Below are positions 1 through 9,765 of a stretch of 32,000 nucleotides of DNA, one piece after another (the stretch's first letter is position 1; every line of letters begins with the position of its first letter). The position numbers were made by a program, and so were the translations under genes. Origin of the DNA: Oxalobacteraceae bacterium. Its GTDB lineage: Bacteria; Pseudomonadota; Gammaproteobacteria; Burkholderiales; Burkholderiaceae_D. The notes beneath the pieces are model-generated. The model ran no database searches, was not told the origin of the DNA, and saw only the letters and a program-made list of their open reading frames with translations. The stretch is from positions 7,656 through 39,655 of the forward strand of contig CANFLV010000030.1 of NCBI GenBank assembly GCA_947448025.1, given 5' to 3'.

Positions 1-267
1 TACGGCAAGAATGCCGGTGTCAGTAACAAGGGATGCTACGAATCCGCCGCATTTGACGCGCTGTACCTGAAGGCGCGCGGGATGCCGGATAGTCCTGAGC
101 GTACGGAGCTGTATCGCCAGATGCAAAGGCAGATCGAAGCCGACACGGCCATCGCGCTGCATCTCTGGCGCTACAAGAACTGGATGATTCAGCCCTGGGT
201 GCAAGGTTTCAAGAAACATCCGATCATTGATGGCGATTGGCGCTTCCTCGACGTTGATAAACACTGA
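1..267 (+). CDS. 3' end of a family-5 (peptide/oligopeptide, YejA/OppA-like) ABC substrate-binding protein; 5' end lies left of the window
   Basis: Frame 1 is open from base 1 to TGA at 265-267. The translated tail (YGKNAGVSNKGCYESAAFDALYLKARGMPDSPERTELYRQMQRQIEADTAIALHLWRYKNWMIQPWVQGFKKHPI...) is collinear with the C-termini of the two complete paralogs downstream (e.g. LHLWRVRNWVTQPWLKGFKKH). Confidence 0.85.
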   Translation, partial: YGKNAGVSNKGCYESAAFDALYLKARGMPDSPERTELYRQMQRQIEADTAIALHLWRYKNWMIQPWVQGFKKHPIIDGDWRFLDVDKH

Positions 268-277
268 TGCAGACATC

Positions 278-2059
278 ATGAAAATGAAAATGACTTCCAT
301 CCTGAATTTCCTGCGACGCCTTGCCGGCGCACTCGCTTTGGGCGCCTGCCTGCTGCCCGCCGTCGGCCATGCCGCCGACCCGAACAAGGTGCTGCGGCTG
401 GCTTTCGAAGCCGGCGACGACGGCTTCGACCGCGTGCGCACCAGCAGCCTCTATTCGACCTGGGTAGTACAAGGCATCTACGAAGGACTGCTGACCTTCG
501 ATTACCTGGCCGACCCGGCAATGGTCGTACCGCAGACCGCCGAAGCGCTGCCCGAGATCAGCAACGACGGCAAGACCTATACCTTCAAGATTAAAAAAGG
601 TATTTACTTCACGGACGACCCCGCCTTCAAGGGCAAGAAGCGCGAACTGGTCGCGCAGGATTTTGCCTACACCTTGCGTCGCTACATGGACCCGAAGAAC
701 CGCTCACCCGACGCCAGCGACATTGTCGAGAAAGTGCTGGGTGCGCAAGCGTACACGAGCGCGGCGATGAAGAGCGGCAAGTTCGACTATGACGCGCCCA
801 TCCCCGGTATCGAAGTGCCGGACCGCTATACGCTGCGCATCCATCTGGTACATCCTGATCCGAACTTCATTTACACTTTTGCGCTGACTTATGCGAATGC
901 GCGCGAAGTGATCGAATTTTATGGCAACGATACCGGTAGCCATCCGGTCGGCACCGGTCCTTACATGCTGCAGCAATACGTGCCGCGCTCGAAGATTGTG
1001 CTGGTAGCGAATCCGGATTATCGCGGCTTCATCTGGGATTTCAAGTCGACTGGCACGGACTGGGACAATCGTCTTGTCAAGGAAATGAAGGGCAAGAAAA
1101 TGCCCCAGATCGGCAGGGTCGAAATCAGCATCATCGAAGAAGACCAGTCGCGCTGGCTGGCCTTCGATTCCGCCCAGCTCGACATCATCGACCTCGCCGA
1201 TACGGCCGCACCGAAGGTGCTGGAAAAGAACCTGCTGAAGAAGGATTTCGCTGATCGGGGCATTCGTTTGTTTCGCTACCCCGAGGGCATTACCTTCACG
1301 TATTTCAACATGAAGGATCCGGTCGTCGGCGGCTACACGAAGGAAAAGATCGCGCTGCGGCGCGCGATTGCGATGTCCTATAATGCCAAGGAGGAAATCG
1401 CCCAGGTGCGCTTTGGCCAGGCGATGGTCGCCCAAAGCGTCATCCCGCCGGGTAAGGTCGGTTTCAACCCGAACTACCGCAGCAGCATTGCTTACGATCC
1501 GGAACTCGCCGCCAAATTGCTGGATCATTTCGGCTACAAAAGAGGCGCCGATGGCTGGCGCAGAAATCCCGATGGTTCACCGCTGGTGATCAAGATCCAT
1601 TCGGCGCCCAATGCGCGCGACAAGGCGCGCATGGAAATCTGGAAGCGCTCGCTCGACCGGATAGGCTTGCGCGGCGATTATCCGGTGTCCAGCTTCGCCG
1701 ATAACCTGAAGGCCGCGTATCGCTGCGAACTGCCGATGTGGGGTCTGGGCCGCACGGGCGGCAGCCCCGATGGTCTGGGTTCGCTGGAATCCTTTTATGG
1801 ACCTTTGTCCGGCTCGGGCAACCTTGGCTGCTACAAGTCCGACGTGTTCGACAATGCTTACCGCGACGCGCAGAAGATGGTGCCAGGCCCGGAACGCGAC
1901 AAACTGATGGAAACAATACAGCGTCAGCTGGAAGCCGATACGCCGCTTGCGCTGCATCTCTGGCGCGTGCGTAACTGGGTCACCCAACCGTGGCTGAAGG
2001 GATTCAAGAAACACCAGTCGCTGTATGCCGACTGGATGTACCTCGATATCGAGCGCTGA
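278..2059 (+). CDS. ABC transporter substrate-binding protein, family 5 (peptide/oligopeptide; YejA-like size, 593 aa)
   Basis: ORF 227-2059. The in-frame ATG at 278 gives a Sec signal peptide (MKMKMTSILNFLRRLAGALALGACLLPAVGHA). Conserved blocks (YTFKIKKGIYF, NPDYRGF, KKMPQIGRVEISIIEEDQSRWLAF, GYKRGADGWR) are shared with the neighbouring paralogs and fit large periplasmic peptide-binding proteins. Confidence 0.9.
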   Translation: MKMKMTSILNFLRRLAGALALGACLLPAVGHAADPNKVLRLAFEAGDDGFDRVRTSSLYSTWVVQGIYEGLLTFDYLADPAMVVPQTAEALPEISNDGKTYTFKIKKGIYFTDDPAFKGKKRELVAQDFAYTLRRYMDPKNRSPDASDIVEKVLGAQAYTSAAMKSGKFDYDAPIPGIEVPDRYTLRIHLVHPDPNFIYTFALTYANAREVIEFYGNDTGSHPVGTGPYMLQQYVPRSKIVLVANPDYRGFIWDFKSTGTDWDNRLVKEMKGKKMPQIGRVEISIIEEDQSRWLAFDSAQLDIIDLADTAAPKVLEKNLLKKDFADRGIRLFRYPEGITFTYFNMKDPVVGGYTKEKIALRRAIAMSYNAKEEIAQVRFGQAMVAQSVIPPGKVGFNPNYRSSIAYDPELAAKLLDHFGYKRGADGWRRNPDGSPLVIKIHSAPNARDKARMEIWKRSLDRIGLRGDYPVSSFADNLKAAYRCELPMWGLGRTGGSPDGLGSLESFYGPLSGSGNLGCYKSDVFDNAYRDAQKMVPGPERDKLMETIQRQLEADTPLALHLWRVRNWVTQPWLKGFKKHQSLYADWMYLDIER

Positions 2060-2144
2060 ACGCGGCTTGTGGTCGGCGCAGACGAAACAGGTACGACACC
2101 GCCCAAGCCGGGCGGCATACTATTCGACAGGGAGTAAAAGAAGA

Positions 2145-3935
2145 ATGAAAACCAACTGGCTGTGCGGACTCTTGTCCGCGTTCCTGCTCGCCAGCCTGCC
2201 TGTGCAGGCGTCGGCGGGTTCGCCGGCCGATCCGCACAAGGTCTTGCGCTATATCTTCGTCGCGCCGGAAACGAATTTCGATCCGGCGGTCGCACACGAT
2301 CTGTATTCGACGCATGTGATCCAGTCGGTCTATGAGGCCTTGTACACCTACGACTATCTGGCCCGTCCAGCGAAAATCGTACCGCTGACTGCGGAAGCGC
2401 TGCCGGAAGTCTCCGCTGATGGCATGACCTACACGATCCGCCTCAAAAAAGGCATTTACTTCACGCCCGATCCTGTCTTCAAAGGCAAGAAACGCGAACT
2501 GACGATGGCGGACTATGTGTATTCATTCAAGCGGCTGTTCGATCCGAAAATCGCTTCGGCGCATGCCTGGCTGTTTGAAGGAAAAGTCGTCGGCTTCGAT
2601 GCGATGGCTGCAAAAGCCAAGAAGGGCGGCGCTTACGATTATGATGCGCCGGTCGCCGGCTTCGAGCTGCTCGACAAATATACCTTGCGCATACATCTGA
2701 CCCAGCCGGATTTCAATCTCGGCATGATCCTCGCGCATCCGCCGACCAGTGCCGTGGCGCGCGAAGTGATGGAAAAATACCGGGATAACGCCGGTCATGT
2801 CATCGACGCGAGTATTGGTACCGGGCCGTACATTCTGGCGGAATGGATACGCGGTTCACGCATGATCCTCAACGCCAATCCGGACTACCGCGGCTTCACA
2901 TGGGATTTCAAGGCTGGGTCGGATCCGGAAGACCAGAAAATCGTCAGCCAGCTCAAGGGCAAAAAAATGCCGCAGATCGGCCGCATTGAAATCAGCGTCA
3001 TGTCGGAAGACCAGTCGCGCTGGCTGGCGTTTCAGAATGATGAAGTCGATCTGTTTCAGCTCGAAGGCCCGCTCGCGCCAAGAGCCCTGGTCGGCGGCAA
3101 GCTCAAGCCGGAACTGGAAGCGAAGGGCATCATACTGTCGCGCATCGTCGATCCGGAAATCAGTTACTACTACTGGAACATGAAACATCCGGTGCTCGGT
3201 GGCTTGGGCAAGGAAAAAATCGCACTGCGCCGCGCCATCGCCATGGCGCACAACGTCGATGAGGAAATTAAAATTGTCTGGAACGGTGAAGCGGTCGCCC
3301 TGCAGTATCCGATCCCGCCGGGTGTGGTCGGCTACGATCCAAACTATAAGAGCCTGATGCAATACGATGTGCGCACCGCGAACGCCTTGCTCGATAAATT
3401 CGGCTACAAGCGTGGCGCCGATGGCTGGCGCACCTTGCCGGATGGTTCGCCCTTGAAAATCACCTACACGGCGCGCGCCGATGGCAATGGCCAGCATCAG
3501 TCAGAAATGTGGAAGAAGACCTTTGATTCGATTCATGTCACGATGATCGGTGATCGCCGACCCTTTCCGGACATCCTGAAGGCCGAGAAGGAATGCCAGC
3601 TGCAGACGCGCACCATGCCCTGGCTCGCGGATTTCCCCGATGGCGATAACTTCATGCAGCTCTTCGTGGGCAAGAATATCGGCCAGAACAATAACGGCTG
3701 CGTCAATATTCCCGAATTTGACGCGTTGTATGCCGAAACACAGAAGCTGCCGCCCGGACCCGAGCGCGATCTGCTGTATCACAAGATGGTGCGTCTGATG
3801 GATGTCTATTCGGCGCAGCGCATTGGCTATGCGCGCTATCGCAATATGCTGGCGCAGCCGCGCGTGATCGGTTTCAAGAAGCATCCGATCATGCCTACCG
3901 AATGGATGTTTTACGACATCGCGCCGCGACAATAA
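2145..3935 (+). CDS. ABC transporter substrate-binding protein, family 5 (third tandem paralog, 596 aa)
   Basis: ORF 2025-3935. The ATG at 2145 is preceded by GGAG (2131-2134) and gives the signal peptide MKTNWLCGLLSAFLLASLPVQASA. It is collinear with the previous gene along its whole length (YTIRLKKGIYF, NPDYRGF, KKMPQIGRIEISVMSEDQSRWLAF, GYKRGADGWR). Confidence 0.9.
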   Translation: MKTNWLCGLLSAFLLASLPVQASAGSPADPHKVLRYIFVAPETNFDPAVAHDLYSTHVIQSVYEALYTYDYLARPAKIVPLTAEALPEVSADGMTYTIRLKKGIYFTPDPVFKGKKRELTMADYVYSFKRLFDPKIASAHAWLFEGKVVGFDAMAAKAKKGGAYDYDAPVAGFELLDKYTLRIHLTQPDFNLGMILAHPPTSAVAREVMEKYRDNAGHVIDASIGTGPYILAEWIRGSRMILNANPDYRGFTWDFKAGSDPEDQKIVSQLKGKKMPQIGRIEISVMSEDQSRWLAFQNDEVDLFQLEGPLAPRALVGGKLKPELEAKGIILSRIVDPEISYYYWNMKHPVLGGLGKEKIALRRAIAMAHNVDEEIKIVWNGEAVALQYPIPPGVVGYDPNYKSLMQYDVRTANALLDKFGYKRGADGWRTLPDGSPLKITYTARADGNGQHQSEMWKKTFDSIHVTMIGDRRPFPDILKAEKECQLQTRTMPWLADFPDGDNFMQLFVGKNIGQNNNGCVNIPEFDALYAETQKLPPGPERDLLYHKMVRLMDVYSAQRIGYARYRNMLAQPRVIGFKKHPIMPTEWMFYDIAPRQ

Positions 3936-3956
3936 TTCAAACGAGAGCATAAAGTC

Positions 3957-5960
3957 ATGGATGTAAAACATTTCATCTTGCCTATGGGAGCCGCGCTGAC
4001 GATGCTGCTGGCTCAAGCAGTTTGTGCAAAGGAGGACATGCGTCCCTTGCTGCCGATACTGAAGGCCGAAGAGATCGCGCCATTTTGTGTCCAGGGCCTG
4101 GCCACCCTGAAGGCAGAGGTTGGCAGGCTTGAAGCGCTGCCGCCGGCGCAATCGGGTGAGGTGCGCAAGGTGCTGAGCGAATGGAATGCGCTGCAGATCA
4201 TGTTGGCGGACCTCGGTGCCCCGATCGCAATTGGTCAAAACATGTCCCCTGATCCGAAGGTTCGCGCCAATTCTGAATCCTGTAGTACCGAGCTCGGCAA
4301 GTTCACTACCGCGCTGTACACGAATACAAGCTTGTTTGTGCGTTTGAATGCGATCAAGCCGGTCGATGCGGTCGATATCCGCATGCAGAAAAAGCTGCTG
4401 GAAGGCTTTGAAGACAATGGCATTGCGCTGACACCGGAAAAGCGCGCACGGCTCAAGCAGATCTCCGAGCGGCTAGACCTGATCGTGCAGGAATTCGAGC
4501 GCAACATCCGCGACAACACTGAAAAAGTCCGCTTTTCCGCACAGGAGATGAAGGGCTTGCCGGAGTCCTATCTCAAGCGCGTCAAGCCCGACGAACAGGG
4601 CAATTATCTGCTCGGTTTTTCGTCGCCGGAATTCCTGCCATTCATTGAAAACGCAGATAGCAGTGAGGCACGCAAACGTTATGTGATCGCGTATTGGAAC
4701 CGTGGCACTGCACGCAATATCGAGCTGATACAGGAAGCCTCGCAGCTGCGGCTTGAAATCGCCAGGCTCTTTGAGCTGCCGTCGTATGCGCATTTTGCGA
4801 CCCGGCACCGCATGGCGCGCAACCCGGACAATGTCTATCGCTTTCTTGACGAAGTCCGCAACAGTGTGACGGAACTGGAGAAGCAGGAGCTCCTTGAGCT
4901 GCGCACGTTCAAGGCGCAGGCCGAAGGCACCCCTCTGGCGGAAACCAGTCTGAACCGATGGGATGTCGCTTACTGGGACACGAAGCTCAAGCGCGCCCGC
5001 TATGACTTCGATTCGAATGCGTTGCGCAAGCACTTTCCGACCGATGCCGCCGTAGCCTGGGCGCTGCACATTTCAGAAAAATTGTACGGTATCGAAATCA
5101 AGCGTGTGAAAGTGCCGGTTTGGCATGAGGACGTCAGTTACTACGATGTGTATGACCAGGCCACTGGACGTCGTATCAGCGGCTTCTACCTCGATCTGTT
5201 CCCGCGCGAAGGAAAATACGGCCATGCGGCAGCCTGGCCATCGCGGCAATCGTCGACGCTGGCCGAGCGCACACCGTTCTCGGTGCTGGTCACAAATTTC
5301 GATCGCAATGGACTCAATGGCGACGAAATGCGAACGCTGGTACATGAATTCGGCCATGTCCTGCATGGCGTGCTGTCGGATACGCGCTATGCGGCCCTGG
5401 CAGGAACCGCAGTCGAGCGCGACTTTGTTGAAGCGCCTTCGCAGATGTATCAGGAGTGGACGCGCGAGAAAGAGCCACTGGCACTGCTGCCGCAGTTCTG
5501 CAAGACGCCATGTCCGCCGATGGACGACGCAATGCTGGCGCGCTGGAAGGCGGCGCGTAATTTCGGCCAGGCCCGTCGCTATGCCGGCCAACTGATACAG
5601 GCGAGCTACGACATGGCGCTGTACTCGGGCAGTCCCTTGGCACCGATGGAATCCTGGAAGGCACTACAAGCGGCCAGCCCGCTCGGCTATGTCGAAGGCA
5701 CTTACTTTATCAGCGCATTCTCGCATCCGATGCGCGGCTATTCAGCCGGATATTATGGTTACATGTGGTCGGAAGTAATCGCACTGGACATGCTGTCGGT
5801 ATTCAAGGGCAAATTGATGGATCCTGCGGTAGGCAAGCGTTACCGCGATGTGATCCTCGCTCGCGGCGGAGAACGCCCGGCCGACGAGATGGTGCGCGAT
5901 TTCCTCGGACGCGCGCCGGATAGCAAAGCATTTTTTCGTGAAATCACGGGTAGTAACTAG
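3957..5960 (+). CDS. M3-family zinc metallopeptidase (oligopeptidase A / Dcp / thimet-like), secreted
   Basis: 667-aa ORF. It has the HExxH zinc motif in the M3 context TLVHEFGHVLHG, followed by the third-ligand block DFVEAPSQMYQEW. The hydrophobic N-terminus (MDVKHFILPMGAALTMLLAQAVCA) looks like a type I signal peptide. It starts 21 nt after the previous stop. Confidence 0.9.
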   Translation: MDVKHFILPMGAALTMLLAQAVCAKEDMRPLLPILKAEEIAPFCVQGLATLKAEVGRLEALPPAQSGEVRKVLSEWNALQIMLADLGAPIAIGQNMSPDPKVRANSESCSTELGKFTTALYTNTSLFVRLNAIKPVDAVDIRMQKKLLEGFEDNGIALTPEKRARLKQISERLDLIVQEFERNIRDNTEKVRFSAQEMKGLPESYLKRVKPDEQGNYLLGFSSPEFLPFIENADSSEARKRYVIAYWNRGTARNIELIQEASQLRLEIARLFELPSYAHFATRHRMARNPDNVYRFLDEVRNSVTELEKQELLELRTFKAQAEGTPLAETSLNRWDVAYWDTKLKRARYDFDSNALRKHFPTDAAVAWALHISEKLYGIEIKRVKVPVWHEDVSYYDVYDQATGRRISGFYLDLFPREGKYGHAAAWPSRQSSTLAERTPFSVLVTNFDRNGLNGDEMRTLVHEFGHVLHGVLSDTRYAALAGTAVERDFVEAPSQMYQEWTREKEPLALLPQFCKTPCPPMDDAMLARWKAARNFGQARRYAGQLIQASYDMALYSGSPLAPMESWKALQAASPLGYVEGTYFISAFSHPMRGYSAGYYGYMWSEVIALDMLSVFKGKLMDPAVGKRYRDVILARGGERPADEMVRDFLGRAPDSKAFFREITGSN

Positions 5961-5980
5961 CACTAAGCTTAAGGATAAAA

Positions 5981-6919
5981 ATGACAGCCTATATCTTGCG
6001 CCGCTTATGGCAAATGGCACCGACGATGCTGGGTGTGATCGTGCTGGTGTTCCTGCTGTTTAACTGGGTCGGCGGCGACCCTGCCTACATCCTGGCCGGC
6101 AAAATGTCGAACCCGGAACAGATCGCCAACATCCGCAAACAGCTCGGCATCGACGAGCCGTACTGGGTGCAGCTGTGGATCTTCATCAAGCAGATCGCGA
6201 CCTTCAATTTCGGCGCGAGCTGGAGTACCGGTGAGTCCGTGGCCAACGTCATTCTCACGCGCCTCGGGCCATCGCTGACGGTGATGGTGCCGCTGGTGAT
6301 CCTGGAGACCTTCTTCGCCATCGCGCTGGCACTGGCGATCGCCTTCGTGCGCGGCTCCTTGACGGATCGCGCCGTGATGGTCGCCTGTACCGTCGGCATG
6401 TCGATCAGTATCCTCGTCTACATCATCGTGTTCCAGTACTGGTTTGCGTACAAGCTTGGCTTGTTCCCGGTGCAGGGCTGGGGTGAGAGCTTCGCTGAAA
6501 ACCTGTTCCGTTATTCCGCACTGCCTATCCTGATTTTGCTGGCAGTCGGCATCGCGCCGAACCTGCGCCTGTTCCGTACCTTCGTGCTCGATGAAGTCAA
6601 CCAGGACTATGTGCGCACCGCGCGCGCCAAGGGCGTCTCCGAGCGTCGCATCCTGTGGGTTCACGTTTTGCGCAATGCCGCCATTCCGATCATCACGCAT
6701 GTGATGGCGAATTTGCCGGCGGTGCTGATCGGCTCCTTCCTCATCGAGCGCTTCTTCTCGATTCCGGGTATCGGTCGTGAAGTCATCCTCGCCGTCGAGC
6801 GCAGCGATTTTCCGGTGATCAAAGCGATCACAGTCTATGTCGCCGCCGCGACCATGCTCTTCAATCTCCTGGCTGACCTGATGTATCAGGCAGTCGACCC
6901 ACGCGTACAACTGAAGTAG
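5981..6919 (+). CDS. ABC transporter permease (DppB/OppB/YejB-like)
   Basis: 312-aa, multi-pass hydrophobic ORF. AAGGA lies upstream of the ATG. It has the typical peptide-permease EAA-loop region (VRTARAKGVSERRILWVHVLRNAAIPIIT). Confidence 0.9.
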   Translation: MTAYILRRLWQMAPTMLGVIVLVFLLFNWVGGDPAYILAGKMSNPEQIANIRKQLGIDEPYWVQLWIFIKQIATFNFGASWSTGESVANVILTRLGPSLTVMVPLVILETFFAIALALAIAFVRGSLTDRAVMVACTVGMSISILVYIIVFQYWFAYKLGLFPVQGWGESFAENLFRYSALPILILLAVGIAPNLRLFRTFVLDEVNQDYVRTARAKGVSERRILWVHVLRNAAIPIITHVMANLPAVLIGSFLIERFFSIPGIGREVILAVERSDFPVIKAITVYVAAATMLFNLLADLMYQAVDPRVQLK

Positions 6920-6927
6920 GAAGCACC

Positions 6928-8034
6928 ATGGCACATATTGACACTGTAACTTCGCCCGGACTGTGGGCACTGGCATGGCGCCGATTGCGCGCGGATCGCA
7001 TTGCGCTGGTCGCCATGGGCATCGTCGGCCTGTTTTTGCTGGCCTTGGTTCTTTCAGCGACGGGGCTCCTGGCGGGCGATTGGGAAGAGGAAGTCGGCGT
7101 GAATTACGCGCCGCCGACCTTCCTCGGCGCGCAGACTGCGGCTGAGCGCGGCATGGAAGCCGGCAGCGCAGAAGCGGAGCTACCGCCACCGGAAAACCCG
7201 CTCGATCCCTTGAAAGACGTGATCCGTGAATTGCGCAAATCCGGCGCGCCTGCCGAAGCCGTCAATGACTACGGCATCAAGGACCCGCTGGAACAGGAAA
7301 TGAACGAGATCCGCGCCGCCATGCCGAAAGACGGCAAGGCTGTCGCCGTGCGCCGCGAAACACTGCCCTTTGGCGCTGACAAATGGGGTCATGACATCGT
7401 CAAGAAAACCATCAAGGGCGCAGAGACCTCGATCGTCGTTGGCCTCGTCGCAGCGGTTCTGGCGACCTTCCTTGGTACGGTCTTCGGCGCGCTGTCCGGT
7501 TACTACGGCCGCTGGGTCGATGACACCTTCAACTGGTTTTACAGCATCTTCACGTCCGTACCTTACCTGCTGCTGATTCTGGCGGTGGCGGCAGTACTGC
7601 AGCAAAAGGGCGTGGTCACGATCGTACTGATTCTTGCGCTGACCGGCTGGACCGGTACCTATCGCCTGATCCGTGCCGAATACCTGAAGCACAAGGCGCG
7701 CGAATACGTGATGGCGGCCGATGCGATCGGTGCCTCGAACTGGCGCAAGATGTTTTCACATATCTTCCCCAACGTCAGCCATGTCGCGCTGGTGCAGGTC
7801 TCTATACTCGTGGTCGGCTTCATCAAGTCGGAAGTGATTTTGAGTTTCCTCGGCTTTGGCGTGCCGGTCGGCGTGGTCTCCTGGGGCAGCATGTTGAATG
7901 AAGCACAGAATGAACTGATTCTTGGCAAATGGTGGCAATTGGCTGCGGCCAGTATTGCGATGGCGGTGCTGGTGACGGCGTTCTCGCTGTTCACGGATGC
8001 GCTGCGCGATGCGCTTGACCCTAAACTGAAATGA
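6928..8034 (+). CDS. ABC transporter permease (DppC/OppC/YejE-like) with a long periplasmic loop after TM1
   Basis: 368-aa ORF starting 8 nt after the previous stop, with AGGAAG upstream. Its TM segments and EAA-type loop (YVMAADAIGASNWRKMFSHIFPNV) are characteristic of the second permease of Opp/Dpp/Yej systems. Confidence 0.9.
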   Translation: MAHIDTVTSPGLWALAWRRLRADRIALVAMGIVGLFLLALVLSATGLLAGDWEEEVGVNYAPPTFLGAQTAAERGMEAGSAEAELPPPENPLDPLKDVIRELRKSGAPAEAVNDYGIKDPLEQEMNEIRAAMPKDGKAVAVRRETLPFGADKWGHDIVKKTIKGAETSIVVGLVAAVLATFLGTVFGALSGYYGRWVDDTFNWFYSIFTSVPYLLLILAVAAVLQQKGVVTIVLILALTGWTGTYRLIRAEYLKHKAREYVMAADAIGASNWRKMFSHIFPNVSHVALVQVSILVVGFIKSEVILSFLGFGVPVGVVSWGSMLNEAQNELILGKWWQLAAASIAMAVLVTAFSLFTDALRDALDPKLK

Positions 8035-9740
8035 AGCCGGGAATCGACATGACTCACACTGCATTATTGGAAATCCACGACTTGAGCGTGCGTTTTCGTA
8101 CCGATAAGAAAAATAGCGTCGAAGCCGTCAAGGGCATTTCATTCTCGGTGCCGCGTAATTCAACTGTTGCGCTCGTCGGTGAATCCGGCAGCGGCAAGTC
8201 TGTCAGCTCGCTGGCGGTGATGGGCCTGCTGCCGCCAGACAGCGCGCTGCTCGGCGAGCATAGCCGCATCGTGTTTGATGGCCGCAGCCTGCTGGAACTG
8301 ACGATCGAAGAGCGGCGCAAATTATGCGGCAAGGAGATCTCGATGATCTTCCAGGAACCGATGACGTCCTTGAACCCGGTCTTCACGGTCGGCTACCAGA
8401 TCGGTGAAGTCCTGCAGCTGCACATGGGCATGGATGCGAAGCAGGCGCGCGAACGCGCGATTGAATTACTTGAAGAAGTCGGCTTGCCCGAGCCCAAGGT
8501 GCGCGTCGATGCCTATCCGAGCCAGCTCTCCGGCGGCCAGCAGCAGCGCGTCATGATCGCCATGGCGATTGCCTGTGAGCCGAAGCTGTTGATCGCGGAT
8601 GAGCCGACCACGGCGCTGGACGTGACGATCCAAAAGCAGATTATTGACCTGATCGGCGCGCTGCAAAAGAAGCATCAAATGTCGGTGCTGTTCATCACGC
8701 ATGATCTGGCGCTGGTCGGTGAAATTGCCGATCATGTCGTCGTCATGCGTAATGGCGACGTCAAGGAAGCCGGCACCGTGCGACAGATTTTCGACGCGCC
8801 CGCCGATCCGTACACGAAGGCGCTGCTGCTGTGCCGTCCGACGCTGGATTCGCGGCCGATGCGCCTGCCGGTGATTGATGATTTCTTGAGCGGTAAAGGT
8901 CTGGCCGCTGCGGCGACGACGCAGCGCAGCCGCGGACTCGATGGCAGTGAAGACATCGTGCTCGATGTGCGTAATCTCGGTAAAAGTTTCTTCAGCCGCG
9001 AAGGTTTCTTCGGCAAGAAGGAATTCAAGGCGGTCAAGGATGTCTCCTTCAAACTCGCGCGCGGCAAGACGCTCGGCGTGGTCGGGGAATCCGGTTCCGG
9101 TAAAACGACAGTCGGCCTGACTTTGTTACGTTTGCATCAGGCGACCACTGGTCAGGCATTGTTTGAAGGCAAGGATATCCTGGCCATGTCGAACCAGGAA
9201 TTCATGGCCTACAAGCGCCGCATCCAGATCATTTTCCAGAACCCGTATGCGTCGCTGAATCCGCGCTTCACGGTCGGGCAGATTTTGCTCGAACCGATGC
9301 GCATCCACAGCATTGGCGCCAATGACGCCGAGCGCGCCGAGATGGCGTATCAGCTGTTGCAAAAAGTCGGCTTGCCGACGAGCGCCTATCATCGTTATCC
9401 GCATGAGTTTTCCGGCGGCCAGCGCCAGCGCATCGCGATCGCGCGATGCCTGACGATGAAGCCGGAAGTGCTCGTCTGCGATGAGTCCGTGTCGGCGCTG
9501 GACGTGTCGGTGCAGGCGCAGGTTTTGAATTTGCTGCAGGATTTGCAGGAAGAATTCGGCCTCAGTTACATCTTCATTTCGCATGATCTCGCGGTCGTGA
9601 AATACATCGCCGATCAGGTGATGGTGATGCATAACGGTGCGGTCGTCGAGATGGCCAATTCGGATGAGCTGTATCGCAATCCGCAGCATGCTTATACCAA
9701 GACCTTGCTGAGCGCGATTCCGCGCGGTTTGCAAGACTGA
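8031..9740 (+). CDS. Fused double ABC ATPase (YejF-like, two nucleotide-binding domains in one chain)
   Basis: 569 aa with two Walker A motifs ([16 protein letters not shown]), two signature motifs ([16 protein letters not shown]) and two Walker B motifs ([24 protein letters not shown]). ATG 8031 overlaps the upstream stop (ATGA). An alternative start at ATG 8049 gives [16 protein letters not shown]. Confidence 0.92.
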   Translation: MKPGIDMTHTALLEIHDLSVRFRTDKKNSVEAVKGISFSVPRNSTVALVGESGSGKSVSSLAVMGLLPPDSALLGEHSRIVFDGRSLLELTIEERRKLCGKEISMIFQEPMTSLNPVFTVGYQIGEVLQLHMGMDAKQARERAIELLEEVGLPEPKVRVDAYPSQLSGGQQQRVMIAMAIACEPKLLIADEPTTALDVTIQKQIIDLIGALQKKHQMSVLFITHDLALVGEIADHVVVMRNGDVKEAGTVRQIFDAPADPYTKALLLCRPTLDSRPMRLPVIDDFLSGKGLAAAATTQRSRGLDGSEDIVLDVRNLGKSFFSREGFFGKKEFKAVKDVSFKLARGKTLGVVGESGSGKTTVGLTLLRLHQATTGQALFEGKDILAMSNQEFMAYKRRIQIIFQNPYASLNPRFTVGQILLEPMRIHSIGANDAERAEMAYQLLQKVGLPTSAYHRYPHEFSGGQRQRIAIARCLTMKPEVLVCDESVSALDVSVQAQVLNLLQDLQEEFGLSYIFISHDLAVVKYIADQVMVMHNGAVVEMANSDELYRNPQHAYTKTLLSAIPRGLQD

Positions 9741-9765
9741 TACAACTTTTTCATAGAGGTAAGCC

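Noticed and set aside
6005-7189. A 394-aa minus-strand ORF spanning both permease genes
   Set aside because: It crosses a gene boundary and has Arg/His/Asp-rich composition unlike a real protein. The plus strand encodes textbook ABC permeases. Shadow ORF.
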